A DNA stretch of 64,000 nucleotides from Chiloscyllium plagiosum (GCF_004010195.1 NC_057718.1:39860579-39924578); one strand, 5' to 3'; numbered from the stretch's first letter, positions 36,970-50,895 are shown. The notes: a model not told the origin generated them from the sequence alone. Translations and numbers: made by a program.

Positions 36970-39762
36970 TTTCATTGGAAGGCGGTTGTGAGAAGTGACT
37001 AAGGAAGATTCTGGGAGAAGTCAGCTTGCTGACAACAACTGAGAAGGGGTTCAAGGAGGATCCAGTGCTCAAAAGAAGAGCATCCAATAGAGAGAGCAGT
37101 GAGAAGTGACAAGAGGGGGATTCTGGGATAAGTTATTTTTCCTACGGGTAGCCTATTAAAGGGAGGTAAGCTCTAGTAGTTGCAGCCATTTTGACAACAG
37201 TTGCGAGATCAAAGTGGGGGCTTTGCTGAGGAGGGCAGGCAGCATTAAGCTACAGGTCTTTCTTTCTCTTTTAATCAAATATTGCTCGAGTAATGGCAGT
37301 TCATGGAGTTTATGCTCCTCCTGTGAGATGAGGGAAATCAGGGAAGTAAGTCAAATATTCCTGACAACTATGTCTGCAGGAAGTGTGTCCACTGCAGCTC
37401 CCCTCAGACTGGGCTGGTTGGTGTGGCAGGTGGACTCACTGAGGAGCATAAAGGAGGCAGAATGTTTTAGAGATAGAAGTTTCAGGGATGTGGTCACACC
37501 AAAGGTTCAGCCAGGTAGATGGGTAACCTCCAGGAAGGGCAGGTAGGCAGTGCAGGAGTATCCCGTAGCTAATCCCCTCTCAGACAGATATACCATTTTG
37601 GATACTATTTGTGGAGGAATTGCTTCTCAGGGGAAAGCAGCAGCCAGATCAGTGGTACCCTGCCTGGCATTGTTGTACAGCAGGGAGGATCAAAGTGTAG
37701 GCGAGCTGTCATGATAGGGGACTCAGTAGTCATGACCACGGAGAGGCATTTCTGTGGCCACAAATGAGATTCCACAATGCTGTGTTGCCTCCATAGTGCC
37801 AGGGTCAAGGATGTCTCTGAGCAGGCACAGGATATTCTTAAAGGCAGAGAGTGAGCAGCTAAAGGTTGTGATCCATGTTGGTAAAGATGTCACAGGGAGG
37901 AAGAGAGACAAGGTCTTGCAAAGGGAATTTAAGGAGTTTGGCAAAAACTTAAAAAGCAGGGCCTCACGTGTTGTAATCTTGGGATTACTTCCTGTGCCAC
38001 GTGCGAGTAAGGCCAAAAGTAGGAGGATAATACAGTTGAAATGTGACAAAGAACTGGTGTCGGAGGAAGAGTTTAAAATACCTGATCTCTGGGGTCTCTT
38101 CCAGTGCAGGAGCGATCTGTGCAAGAAGGATGGGCTGCACCTAAACTGAAGGAGCACCAATATCCTTGCAGGGAGGTTTGCTGTACCACTCGGGAGGGTT
38201 TAAATTTGTGTTGCTGGTGGGTGGGAACCAGAGCAGCAGGTGGAGTGATTGAGAAGAAGGTAGAGGTTAAGTCAAGTCAGTCTATTACGAAGATTAGGCA
38301 GGACTAGGATAATGAACATGGCAGTCTGAAGCATATTTACTTTAATGCAACATATATAACAGAAAAGACAGATGAGCTTAGAACCTGAATGGAGCTATGA
38401 TGTTGTAGCCATTACAGAAACTTGGTTGAGAAGAGGACAGGTCTGGCAGCCCAATATTCCAGGGTTTAGCTATTCCAGGTGAGCTATAAAGGGGTGTATG
38501 AGGGTGGGGAAGTTGCATTATTGATTAAGGAGCATGTCACAGCTGCACTAAGAGAGGACATCCTGCAGAGCTCATCCAGCGAGGTGACGTGTGTAGAACT
38601 TAGGAATGAGAAAGGTGCAATCACTATGATGTGGTTACACAATCAGCTTCCCAATAGCCAGCAAGAAGATAGAGGAACAGATAAGTAAGCACACCACAGA
38701 AAGTAACTGGAGAAATTAGATTGGAGGTGGCTGTTTGAAGGTAAATCCACATCTGACATGTGGGAGTCTTTTAAAGGCCAGCTGATCAGAGTTCAAACCA
38801 GTATGACCCTGTGGTGATGAAAGATAAGGATTGCAAGATTTGCAAACCCTGGATGACAAGAGATATTGAAAGTTTAGTCCAAAAGAAAAAAGGAAGCTTT
38901 TGTAATGTTTAGAAAACTGAAATCAGATAAGGTCTTTGAGGAACGTAAAGGAAGCAGGAAATAATTTATACAAGGAATTAGGAGGGCTGAAAGGAGCTAT
39001 GAAAAATCCTTGGCAAGAAGGATAAAGGAGATAAAGGGGAGGTAGGTAAACAGTAGTTCTACTCATGGACAAAGGAGGCAGAATTTATGTAAGGAGTCAG
39101 AGGAAGTGGGTGAGGTTCATAATGAGTACTGTACGTTGATGATCACCAAAGAGAAGGACATGGACGATGCTATGATTTGGGAGGGGTATGCTGATATTCT
39201 AAGGCACATCAATATTACGCAGGAGGTGACATTGGATATCCTGAAAAACCTTAAGATAAGTAGGTCCCCAGGGCCAGTTGGGATCTATTCCAGGATACTC
39301 AGGGAGGCATGGCAGGAGATTGTTGAGACCTTGACAGAATCTCTGTATTTTCTTTGGCCACAGGCAAGATCCCAGAAGACTGAAGAACAGTCAGTATTAT
39401 TCCTTTATTTAAGAAGGGCAATGGGGATAATCCAGGAAATTATAGGTCGGTGAGCCTTACATTAAATTTTAAATACTAGGAAGCACTGGTTTAAGGTGAG
39501 GGGAGCAAGTTGAAAGGAGATGCGTGAGGCCTTTTTTTATAACTCAGAGGGTGGTAGATGCCTGGAATGCACTACCAGAGAGGTGGCATAAGCATATGCG
39601 ATAGCAATGTTTAGGCATGTGGTCAGACACATGAACAGGCAGGGAACAGAGGAATATGAACCACCTGCAAGCAGAGGGGATTAGTTTAGAATGGAATCAT
39701 GGTTGGCCTACATGTAGTGGGCCAAAGGTCCTGTTCCTGTGCTGTACTGTTCGATGTTCTAT
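36970..39762 (+). mobile_element. CR1 LINE, 5' part (ORF1 zinc finger + SGNH-esterase-like domain, EN, start of RT) joined by deletion to its 3' end
   Basis: CSSC...CRKC zinc-finger-like motif, VIHVGKDV, LLPVPRA, KKDGLHLN, VVAITETWL, SPGPVGIYSRILREA; 3' UTR ends ...gtgctgtactgttcgatgttcta. Confidence 0.85.
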
Positions 39763-40910
39763 CACAGCAAATTGGATGATTACGGTACATCAAATCTAGC
39801 AAGCTCAAATGAAACCATTCAATTGGATGGAAAACCAACGTTGAAAGCATCCTCAGGAACATCTACTTACTGTCTTTCGCAACGTTTACTTCATTTTAAA
39901 CCTGTCTTGTTCACTACAATCTTCTTTTCACTTCCTCCCTCTCCCCTACAGCTCCCATTTGTCTTCCATTCATTTTTGCCAATTGTTTTTTTGGCTGGAT
40001 TGAAACACAGCAACTCCCAAGTATCTCTATAATCATTAGGCCTTCTTTTACTGCCAACCCTATCATTAACAAAAAAACACTAACACTGAAAAAGCTGAAC
40101 TGAAAAAAAAAATGCAGGCGATGTAGAAGAACTGACGAAAGACTGTAATTGGACTCAGAAAGCACCTCGTCAGGTGTGTCACTGATGCATGGAAGGGACT
40201 TAACTTGCAACTGCATTTCAGCAAATGCAGTTTCTGGTTTCTGATTGAAGGCCACTGCAGTCCACTTAATTGCTGCCCTCCAAGTAATTGATGAGATATC
40301 AAGGTATTGCAGATAGAAGCCCCACTGGAGAGAGCTGGGCTTTACAATGACAAGAAGAGGAAAAGCAAATAAAGCATCATAGGCATTGATATACAGCAGC
40401 ACTGAAGAGAGACCTACATGTCAGTTGCCTCCCTGGCTCCTCAATTTAAAAGTTGTGTAAGGTAATGGCAAAGTTGCAACTCAGCAACAAAAGCAAACTT
40501 GTCACACTAATGCCAAAAGACCCGTGTTGAAATTAAAGCATCAAACTTTAGTAATCTCATGTGAAGAGGTACTGAAGCTGCAGGTGGAATGACTGACAGG
40601 ATGGTGCATTTAGTACATTAGCCGACTGACATGGAGTAGGAATTTGAAATAAATATGTTTTTGACAATAAGTTGTGACACAGAGCAGAGTTGAATGCATC
40701 TGAGTGGGCATAACCATTCTCTACTGGTCAGAAAGATGAAGTACTCACAGGTTATGAAATTTAAAAAGCAAAAAAATGAAAATAAAATGATTTTAAAAAG
40801 GTTATGTTTTTACATGGCTAGTAGCACAACTCACTAACAAGTTCAGCAAACAATGCAGAAATGTCAGAAAAAAAGTCTTCCTAAAACAGTGCAGCACTTC
40901 TACTTGTTAA

Positions 40911-41120
40911 GATCAGTGTGGTGCTGAAAAAGCACAGCAGGTCTGGCAGCAACTGAGGACCAGGAAAATCAACATTTTGGGCGAAAGCATTCCTGATGAA
41001 GGGCTTTTGCCCAAAACATCGATTTTCCTGCTCCTCGGATGCTGCCTGACCTACTGAGCTTTTCCAGCACCACTCTGATCTAACTCTGGTTTCCAGCATC
41101 TGCAGTCCTCACTTTTATCT
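40911..41120. mobile_element. Family A short element, inverted pair, CpG-decayed core
   Basis: 15 bp duplication acttctacttgttaa at 40896-40910 and 41121-41135. Plus strand CTGATGA-A-GGGC-TTTT-GCCC-AAAA-CA-TC at 40993-41020. Confidence 0.85.
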
Positions 41121-44100
41121 ACTTCTACTTGTTAACTCAGGTGAAATATTGGATATCCTGTACAATTTAATGGACCACTATAGATTCACGCAGATGATAA
41201 TATTATCTGTCTACTCCCCTTCAACAATTAGCCATAGCCAACAGGTGAGGGGAAGAGGAGATACAAAACAGGACATCGTGTGCCAATGTGTCTGGTGAAA
41301 TTCCAAGTTAACACAAAGAAACAAAAGATAGCTACGTTACAGATCACATAAGCGGACTGACTGGGTAAGAATAATTAGAAATCAAGAACTGGTCATCAGT
41401 GGTCCCATATCCCAACTTTAACCAAAGCTGGAACTTAATGACTACTAAAGTGAATAAACAGTTCAGTAGAAAACATCTTGCTGCTGCATGGTTGAGTTTT
41501 TGCACCTATCCTCAAATTCAACACTGCTGTACAAAGGCATGATTGTTTATTTGATTCACTAATCCAAGTAAACTCATTAAAAATGCATTCTGTATGTCTT
41601 TAAGGTATTGGCTAGTGGATGGATTTCACCATTATATGTCTTGTATTGTGACTGACCGAATGCTTAAGACAACCTACATCTCAATAGTCATACAGCAATA
41701 TTGCCTTCAAGAATGAAAATGGATTCACGTTGTGAGTTTTATAAATAACCAGAAAAATCATTTTTTCTTGCTGATGTGCTGTAAAATGAATGCTGCAGTA
41801 TATTGGACAAAATAGGTTTCTTCCCCCCCCGCCTCTACCCCCTCCCGAAGAAGTTAATCACACTTACATTGAATAAATTTGGCAACAGAAATACAGATAC
41901 GCTGTTGCTATTATTAAAATAGGTCTTTTACAGTTGAGAATTACACGCAAGAACAGTTTGAAAAAAATTATTATTCACAAGCTTTCTCAATGGAAAATGT
42001 CAGAAAAGAATTACTAACAATGTTTATTTTCCTAATCCGAGGCTGTGAATTTACAAACACCTGCAAACCTGAAAACATCCCTCATTAAATGGCAATTAAA
42101 TTATGACTGGTCTCAAAATACACTTTAAATATTCCCTCAATTGGATGACTGAATGTTAAGTGACCAGCTAAATAACAGTTGTTTTCACAAGCCTAACTCG
42201 CTCTGTTAATTAGAAGAAAAATCACAAGACATAAGCAAGTTTTCAAACAGTGGGACAAAGATTTCTAAAAAAAACTAAGTTCATTACATTTTTTATTCCA
42301 AACCTTTGAACATAATCAAAAGCCTACTTAACAAAAAAGTTCTTGCTACTATCAATAGTCTTCTCTCACTGAAAGCACAGAGAAGTAACACTTGTACTTG
42401 TTTCACTACAAGTTTACTTGTTGTATTTTGCAGATCTGAAATGTTGCAACATTCTAAAGTATTGTTGCTTGCTTAATCACAGTCACCCGAGAATCACCAA
42501 CTAGATGTACAATATTTACCACTATACCTATCAGCAAAAAAAAGCAAGTTTTCTTTTCCTCCTGAATACTCAGTTTGCTTTTTTTAAAAAGAAAATCACT
42601 AGACCACTAATAAGATTTTACCCAAATGTGACTGGGAAATCTGTTAACAATTTAGCATTAGAAGTAAAAAATAAGATACAAAAAAAAAGCAATAAGACAC
42701 AAATTATTATGTTTAGGCCATATCAGAGCATAATTCTGAAGGTGTCCAAGCAATTCACTAGCTTAAAGATTCTTTTAATGTATCCTTTTTTATACAGTAA
42801 AGGAGCAATATAATTTTAGGAGGAGGACAGCTTCTTCACTTAGTTAGATGTAATTTTTAATTAAAGAGAATAGGTGAATCTTAGCAGTCATGATAATCTT
42901 CAGGTCATAAAATGGTATTCATTGACAGTGACTGGATCCTACATACTTGGAGGGGTGAGGGAATTCTGTGGAAAAACTCCTCAAACTCAGAATTTTAAAA
43001 TTTCCTTTTTGGGCCATTAAAACAATAACAAAAACCATTAATTCATTTTATAATATTACACCCTCTTTGGGGAAAAAAAGCGCTAGAAATATAGAGTGTT
43101 CCACAGTGGTTTTTTTGGCTTTATGTCCCAACCCAGATAGTTCTTTCATTAAAAAAACGGTTCTTTCCACCCCACCCAAGGAAAGGTTTCCATCATCTTG
43201 TAAAAAAAAATCTTTGAGGTTAATGCGTGCTGATATGGAGGAACAAGCATAACTTGGCTACTTTAACTTAATATGTAAGTATCAATTTTGTGTCCTTCAC
43301 TTATACAGTTTGAGTTGCATTCATTAGAATTTGTTCTTTTTGAAAACAAAAAACAAGCTCACCAGTGGAATATTCTGCCCGTTTTATGAACATGTGTCTC
43401 TCAATAGTTGTGAAATATCCAATTTGTTGCTGACAGCTGTTACATAATCAATCATTCTTCTGTACGAGGACCAATAATAATTCAAACATGAATTATTCTT
43501 TCATTGGACTGTGAAATGATCAGTCATACTCTCAGTGATAAAAGAACAACTGCAAGCTGTTCATATTTTACAACTGCAGGCCTGCAGTTTATTGTAAATT
43601 ATCTTGTAAAATGAAAAATTTGAAAAGAAAAAAAAAAATCAGTGAACCATGCATTGCACGATTTATGACTTTAATATTTGACATGAAAGAAAGATATAAA
43701 TAGCAATAAAAAGTAAAATGCTACTTTTAGGAAACATGTATGCCATATTTAAAAGTACAAAAAAAATTCAAAAAAGAAATTTAGATTCCTCAACTAAATC
43801 CCAAAAATCATAATCCAAATGGAGAGAGAGGAAAATAGACAACATCACATATGATTTTGCTGAGAATTATAAAATGACTCTGTATAAATAAATTGATCGA
43901 CAAAAAGGGATTCACAGATATTATATTACAAAATGTTCTCATATACTGGTTTAAGCATTTGGTACAGCAACACTTATACACAAAATAACTGGTTAAGTCC
44001 AAAAAAGTAAACTGAATCTTTCTGTTATGATATTGTAAGCCTCTGAAGCTTCACTCACCTACCCTTTAACATGATGTGGCTGAGTATTTTTGTCCCTTCT

Positions 44101-45526
44101 TCCCCCTTCCTCTTCCTGTCAGGCTACACAAGAAGTCTTTGCAAGACCAGAATGGCAGATTCCACAGATCAGCAAAAAGAAAACTGTGCAAAGTACATCT
44201 CATGGTTTCAATCATTTTAAGTTTCATTCTTACAATACATATCAGACCCCTGAAAACATGATGCAATTTTGTTTCAAATAACTTCATTCCAAGACACAAA
44301 AACAAGCCACTTTGCCCATCTGGTTTATGGCTGTGTTTCTACTCCACATCAATCTCTTCCCACTCTTCTGAACTATGAAAAATTGAAACGAGAAAGGGTT
44401 TGCCCTCATGCTAGCTGCAATAATTTGAAAACTGACTCTCTTTAAATGAATCAAAATAGTAATGAATTGGGTAATGGGAGATTTGGTCTTCACATCTCTA
44501 TTTGGTTATAGATTGCATCACTGACATATTACTGAAATAGTTTATGCTTCATTTAATTCTACATAATTATCCATAATAAAGTGCTTTAAACTATCTTTTA
44601 TTGACAGATAGGTCACATATGTATTGTGTTAACATAAATCTTGTTAGTTTTTAATTATGTAATGGTGAAAATGTTGCTCTGATCCTTTCACAAAATGATT
44701 TACCAAAGATACCTTCATATTTTCCTCACCTTTTGAAGCTCAGCATAAGCAATGTTGGCTACAATTTCAATTTTTACAAAAGCACTAATGTCTACCTTCC
44801 ATATATTATTCCCTTTTGCACAACCACAACCAAACTCAACTATTCAGCAATCCTCAACATAGACACAAAAAGAAGGAAAAGTGTTTCCATAATTTTTGAA
44901 ACCGAATTGTTTTTCAACTTAAAATCAACAATTGTTTTCTTTCTGATCACTGAATTTTCTAGTTAGTTTTCAGAGCATTCTGTAATAAAAATGTGCTTTT
45001 GTTATGAACTTAGCATTTGCCTCACAACAAAGGACAGGAAAGAATTTGGTATAATATTCAGTGACTGAAATCATTAATGACTTGTGATTTTGTCTTCTGG
45101 CTTAAATTTTATAGTGATCACATTCACAAATATATTTTGTGTTTACAACAGCTAAAGGACAACAATAAATAGCATCTTCACAATCATCTAAAGTAGTACT
45201 GACTCACAGTCAAAAGGTTAATAGCCAATACAACTCTTGCGAAAAACACTAAATATGATGGGAGATGAAAAACAAATGAGAATATTCTCGGCACCCAGCC
45301 AGCTACTCTTCTTGCCTTGAAACACAAGATTTATACAGTATTACTGCTTCAGGCCTACGCTGCTTGGTTTACACATGAATGCCAAGCTCACAAAAGCGCA
45401 AATCCTTTTTTCACTAAACAGTAATATTTCTGTGCATACAAATAGAAAACAAGCTAACTTGCATTTTCTTCATTGTTTCAATTATAAAGCTGCAAAATGA
45501 GTTTGTAATTGGAGATAAAACTTTAC

Positions 45527-45580
45527 CTTTTGTAGACTGGTAGGATTCAGCTGTGTTTTGTCAATTATTTTAACAGCAAC
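45527..45580 (-). CDS. MARK1: MARK1 coding exon 3 (VAVKIIDKTQLNPTSLQK)
   Basis: 54 bp, tttcag|GTT GCT GTT AAA ATA ATT GAC AAA ... CAA AAG|gtaaag. Contains the catalytic lysine motif VAVK and is in frame with exon 2. Confidence 0.95.
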
Positions 45581-46432
45581 CTGAAAATGATGTAAAGAGG
45601 AATCAGATTATTTATGAAAATATTTTCAATACTGAAATATTTTATTTCAAATGCACAATTTTATAACCAGATGTTCATAGGTATGAGACCCAAGATTGCC
45701 TGACATCCAAATCTGCTCCCTTCTTGTTCCGGCCAATGTCTTACTAAAGTATGCATTTTGTACACATAGGAGCCTGAGTGGGTGCAAGACCTGAAATCTA
45801 TTTAGGTACAGAGTCTTAAATAAAACTAATAATGCCTCTTGAAATATCAGGTGTAAAACTTTCAAGAGAAATCATAAAAATTCTGTGCAGTAATGAAATG
45901 GCTCAGTTTTCAACAAAATTGCTATCGACAAAATCTAACAGAGAAATAAAGAGAATACTGATGATACAACACACACAACCTTGGGTTACAATTCAACTAA
46001 CATAATTAAGAGTTACAACAGGATGTAAAGTGAAAAATTGGTTTTGATGGCATCACAGAACCAAAGCAAAAAACAGCTACATCCAGCAGTGTTAGACACA
46101 CGAGAGAGAAAGAGCAGAATATTGGAATAGTTGCTGCACTGTCCTGCATATTCTACCTGTAGGCTACATGCCTGTTTTGTTCTGCGACAGCCAGCACAAA
46201 ACAGAATGTGTGAACCAGCCATGAGTAGGTCAGCCTTCCAGGATAGTGGAAGGTGCATAGAAACAATAGTCCATGTGGAAATGAAATCAGAATTAAATAG
46301 GAATGTAAAAAAGAATAGAACATTTAAAACATATTTAAAAACAAAAATGAGTAAATAAAATTTCAATAGCAGTACCAATACAGCAGTGGTTGATAAAAAT
46401 GCTTTTAATATGAAGAAAACAATAAAACTCAC

Positions 46433-46636
46433 TTCTCTCCCAGTCAAAACATGTCGTGCTAATTTTACTTTTGCAAAGTTTCCTTTGCCTATAGTCTTCA
46501 GCAGCCTATAATTTCCAATGTGGGGTTGCTCTTCAGTCGTAGATGCCACTGAATTCCTGCATCGTGGTAAGTTTTGTCTGCTACTCGACTTGGAAGGCTG
46601 GATTTGTGAGTCACCATATCCATCAAGAGACGTGTG
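46433..46636 (-). CDS. MARK1: MARK1 coding exon 2 ([68 protein letters not shown]), start of the kinase domain
   Basis: 204 bp, phase 0, acceptor ttctgcag| and donor |gtgagt. Contains the Gly-rich loop IGKGNFAKV. The DGY...IQP.KSSSRQN.PRCRNS linker and ARHVL are MARK1-type rather than MARK3-type. Confidence 0.96.
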
Positions 46637-47806
46637 CTGCAGAAGTGGTCATGTACAATTTATATGGATTATTTCACAATAATTGATATCAGACTCTACA
46701 TTTTTAGTCACATACAACAACTTAAAATTTACAATATTTAAAGCTTTAAATACTTTCCATAGGAATTCTTGGACAAGACAGAAGGCAAATAAGTGTGCTG
46801 TCTCTACTTGATTGTCTTCAGCCTTATTGGTCACCCACATCAAAGCACCCTGACTGAAAACTTCAAAATATAAAACCAGATTCCTTCTCAAATTAACACG
46901 TGCAAAACTAAAATTCCTTACAATGCCCCCAATAGTACCTGTCAATGTTCCTCTGAATAAAAAGAGGGGGCAGTTGAGAGGAAAAGCATCAGCATTGAGA
47001 AGGCTCAGGCTAGGAAGGGGGTAAAATATACACTGCAACTAAATAATCAGTCGTCATAGAAAGAAAATTTGCACTAGCAATATTTTGATTTTGATGTAAG
47101 TTGCCGGATGGTGTGGCTGACCTTTAACCCTGCCAATGAGACGTCAGTTTTCATATGCCTTGCATCAACACATTTTCCTCTTCCAGATATACGGGGAGTG
47201 AAAGAATTGTGAAGGAAACACGTATAATAAGGCAGATGATGGTTTTATGTGTTGACAATCCAAGGGAAAGGGAGAAAAACTCCCACAATAATTGATCAAA
47301 CTGAAAAATACTGCGCCAGACGAAAAGTCTGCATTGAGCGACACTCAATAGGGACGGTGTTCTTTTGTGGTCCAGTAAACAACTCCTTGTCATTGAGCTG
47401 TTCCCTCCAGGCAAAGACAGCCTTAAATGGATATTCCCGAGCTGAAGGATATGGAGGAGGAGGAGGGGGGCAAAAAGCAGCAAACCAAAGGCAGAATTTT
47501 GAAATTAAGGCCGAAGGAAATAATCTGTCTTCAGAAAAGAATCCTTCCAGATTATACAGTGAGAGAGAGGGAGGCCTGTGTGATCGATGAAGCAGGCGAG
47601 TCAATGTCTCTGCTGCTTTCCAAGAGATTTCTTGTTTTTTTTTACAATAAAAAAATGCTGTAACCATCTCCCCGAGCACTCACACAGCCCTCCTTAACAA
47701 GAAACACACTCATTCTTTCAGCGAACGCCTTTTAAACCCCGCGTTCCCGACTAAAGCATTCACATAAAAGTAGCGAGAATAAAAAATGAAACATTGTCTC
47801 ACTTAC

Positions 47807-47857
47807 ATTTTCTGTGTCGCGCTCATTCACTGTAGGCAATGGCGTTCTCGTCGACAT
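47807..47857 (-). CDS. MARK1: MARK1 coding exon 1 (MSTRTPLPTVNERDTEN)
   Basis: Reverse complement reads aaaATG TCG ACG AGA ACG CCA TTG CCT ACA GTG AAT GAG CGC GAC ACA GAA AAT|gtaagt: 17 codons, A at -3, canonical donor. Matches the MARK1/MARK3 N-terminus from memory. Confidence 0.95.
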
Positions 47858-48330
47858 TTTGGCTTCACACTCAGTACTTAGGCCGAATTATTTCCTCTCC
47901 AATTATTCCTATCCACTTCCACCTCTCTCTTTTGTTTTGTCCTTTTTCCCCCCTTCAACATAAAAGAAGTCTCCACCGGAGGAGGGAACGCTCGCCTACA
48001 TGTTTGATAGGAAATCCTCCATTACTGACCGGGCATCTATTGGTTAGTCAGAAGGTGGGGAGGGGAGGAAGACTAGAGAGAGAGAGAGAGAGAGAAAATC
48101 AGTATGAATTGAAAGAGGACAGGCAGACAAGGGGAGAGAGAGAAAGAGAAAATGGGAGGGAAGGAAGTGAGGGAGGGGGGTAGAAAGCCGCCAGAGCTCA
48201 GGTGTAGTTGTCACTACAAGCAGTCAGGGACCGAGGGAGTTTGTGAGCATTTTGAGACAGTGCCCAAGATAGCGAGAGAGCGAACCCAGCGGCGGCCACT
48301 TCCAGCACTGAGTGATTGCAGTTATCCAGC
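47858..48330 (-). promoter_or_regulatory. Putative MARK1 5' UTR / proximal promoter
   Basis: Immediately upstream of the ATG, with locally elevated CpG, a CCAAT box on the minus strand (AACCAATAG, core 48039-48043) and a purine/pyrimidine-skewed (GA)n tract at about 48055-48180. TSS not determinable from sequence. Confidence 0.55.
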
Positions 48331-49007
48331 AGACACACTCTCTTTCCTGGACTTTGAGCAAAAAGGGCTCCAAGAAGTATTTAATCTGCCATCCTCCAAT
48401 ACAAATCAATACTTCAGCAGAATGACATTGACATGATCTCTTGTATCATAGTCCTTCAGTGAATACCATTTTATGGCTGAATATTATTCTTTTTCATCCA
48501 CCCATGCACAAAATGAAATGATTTTCTTTTTAAAAACAAAATTCGTATTCCTTGGAAGTTAAGGACAATTTATTCAGGCAATTTTATAACAAGGACAAAA
48601 CAACTGGTGGGCGTAAAGCAACCATGGCAGATAATAATTCAGAAGCTTTTGTGATTACAGAACGGATTATATCCTTTCGCCTGGTGATTATGTGCACGAA
48701 TTAATTCATGGAAATAATATCATATGGTCCCTCATCAGGTAATTGCCACCAAATTCCTTCTCACCTTCCAGTTGGATACAATGAAATCTGAACGACTTCA
48801 GTAAACTTCATTATGGCCAGCATGACTTCCAGTCACTATTGTGACTATAATCTTAATGATTGTAAACCAGCAATAACAAAGGCAAAACACTGCCGATGCT
48901 GAAGATCTAAAGTTAAAAACAAAAAAAACCTGGAAATACTTAGCAGTTGAGTCAGCATCTTTGAAAAGAGAAACAGAGGCTAGAATGGGACAGGCCTTGA
49001 ATGATGA

Positions 49008-49180
49008 GCAGGTTAAGTAGATTGGCCATGCTAAATTGCCCCGTAGTGTCCAGGGATGTGCAGTCTAAATGGATTAGCCATGGTAAATATGGATTTACAG
49101 AGATTGGGTGGGATGCTGTTTAGAGGGTTGGTGCAGATCTGATGGGCCAAATGGCCTCCATCTGCACTGTAGGGATTTGA
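49008..49180 (+). mobile_element. HE1-type SINE 3' fragment (preceded by an old pLTR-like remnant at about 48880-48980)
   Basis: gcaggttaagtagattggccatgctaaattgcccc...cactgtagggatt. Confidence 0.75.
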
Positions 49181-50895
49181 TATTGCCTGTGGGCTGCAAT
49201 GCGAAATCTGAGAATTGCAAGCAAAGTTCAGTAAATTCAGTTGCATTTTCCAACAGTGTTCTCTTGAAAGTGGTAAAAGTATATTAAGTTGTTATTACCC
49301 TCATTAACACCACACCTCATAAGACCATAAAATATAGGAGCAGAATTTGGCCCATCAAGTGTACCCCACCATTTAATCATGGCTGATATGTGTCTCGACC
49401 TTATTCTTCTGCCTTCTCCCTGTAACCCTTGATCCTCTTACCAATCAAGAACCTACCTATCTTAAATACACTCAATGACTCCAAAGCCTTCTGTGGCAAT
49501 GAGTTCCACAGATTCACCACCCTGTGGCTGAAGAGATTCCTCCTCATCTCATTTCTCAAGGATTGTCCATTTACTATGAGACTGTGGCCTTGGGTCCTCA
49601 GCTCCCTAATAGTGGAAACATCTCTCTATTGAGGCCACTCAGTATTTTGTAAGTTCCACTGAGATCCCTCCCTCATCATTCTAAATGCCATTGAGTACAG
49701 ACCTGGAGCCCTCAACTGCTCTCACATGACAAGCTCTTCATCCCCAGATCATTGTTGTAAACCTCCTCTGGACCCCCTCCAACACCAGCACATCCTTCCT
49801 TAGATACGTGGCCCAAAACTGCTCACAATGTTCCAGAAGAAGTCCAACCAGAACCTTACACAGCCCCAGCAGTACATTTTTACTCTTGTAATCTAAATTT
49901 CTTGAAATGAGTGCTAATATTGCATTTGCCTTCTCGACTGTCAAATAAACTTGAGTGTTAACCTTAAGAGAATCTTAAACTAGGACTCCTAAGTCCTTTT
50001 GCGTTTTAAATTTCCGAAGCCTTCCCCCCCATTTAGAAAATAGTCTACATCTCTACACTTCCTCCCAAAATGCATAACCCTACACTTTCCCACATCATAT
50101 TTCATCTGCCACTTCTTTGCCCACTCTCCGAGCTTGTCCAAGTCCTTCTACAGCCTCCCCACTTACTCCACACTACCTGTCACTCAACTATTTTTGTGTC
50201 AGCTGCAAACTTAGCATCAGTGTCGTCCATTCAGATTATTAAGATATAAAGTGAATAGTTGTGGTCCCAACACTGAGCCCTGAAAACTCAGAAAATCCCG
50301 CCATTGCTGCTCCACCGTCTTCTCTGACAGGCTCCCCTTCCAATCAACTCTGGCCAGTCGTTCCCGCATGTCTTTGTAATTAACTTTACTCAATTCTAAT
50401 ATTGTTACATCTGATTCCAGCTTCTCGTTCTCAAACTACAGGGTGAACTCTATCACATTATGGCCTCTCCCTCCTGGGGGTTCCTTCACCATTAACTACC
50501 TAATCAGGTCTGCTTCATTACACATCACCAAATCCATAATTCCCTGTTTCATCGTGGGGTCCACCATAAACTGCTCCAAAAAAACCCCTAGATATTCCAC
50601 AAATTCCTTTCGTTAGGATCCACTACCAACCTGATTTTACCAGTCCATCTGCATACAGGAGTTCCCCATGATTATTTAGCATTGTTTTGCTTACATGCCT
50701 TTCCTATTTCCTGATTTATTTTCTATTCCATATTCTAAGCTTAAAAATGTGTTGCTGGAAAAGTGCAGCAGGTCAGGCAGCGTCAAAGGAGAAGGAGAAT
50801 CGACGTTTCGGGCATAAGCCCTTCTTCAGGAATCCCGAAACGTCGATTCTCCTTCTCCTTTGATGCTGCCTGACCTGCTGCACTTTTCCAGCAAC

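Noticed and set aside
1..45526. MARK1 exon 4 (LFREVRIMKILNHPNI)
   Set aside because: Looked for by eye on the minus strand and not found; a 49 bp exon could have been missed.
46013..46549. 178 aa ORF as a stand-alone kinase gene
   Set aside because: Only 46433-46549 is exonic; the rest is read-through past the gtgagt donor into intron 2.
45527..47857. Assignment to MARK3 or MARK2
   Set aside because: Exon 1 fits MARK3 equally well, but the exon 2 linker (DGY...[18 protein letters not shown]), ARHVL and VAVK match MARK1.
47151..48436. Overlapping ORFs in intron 1 and the promoter
   Set aside because: Low-complexity GA/GGA-derived peptides with no recognisable domain.
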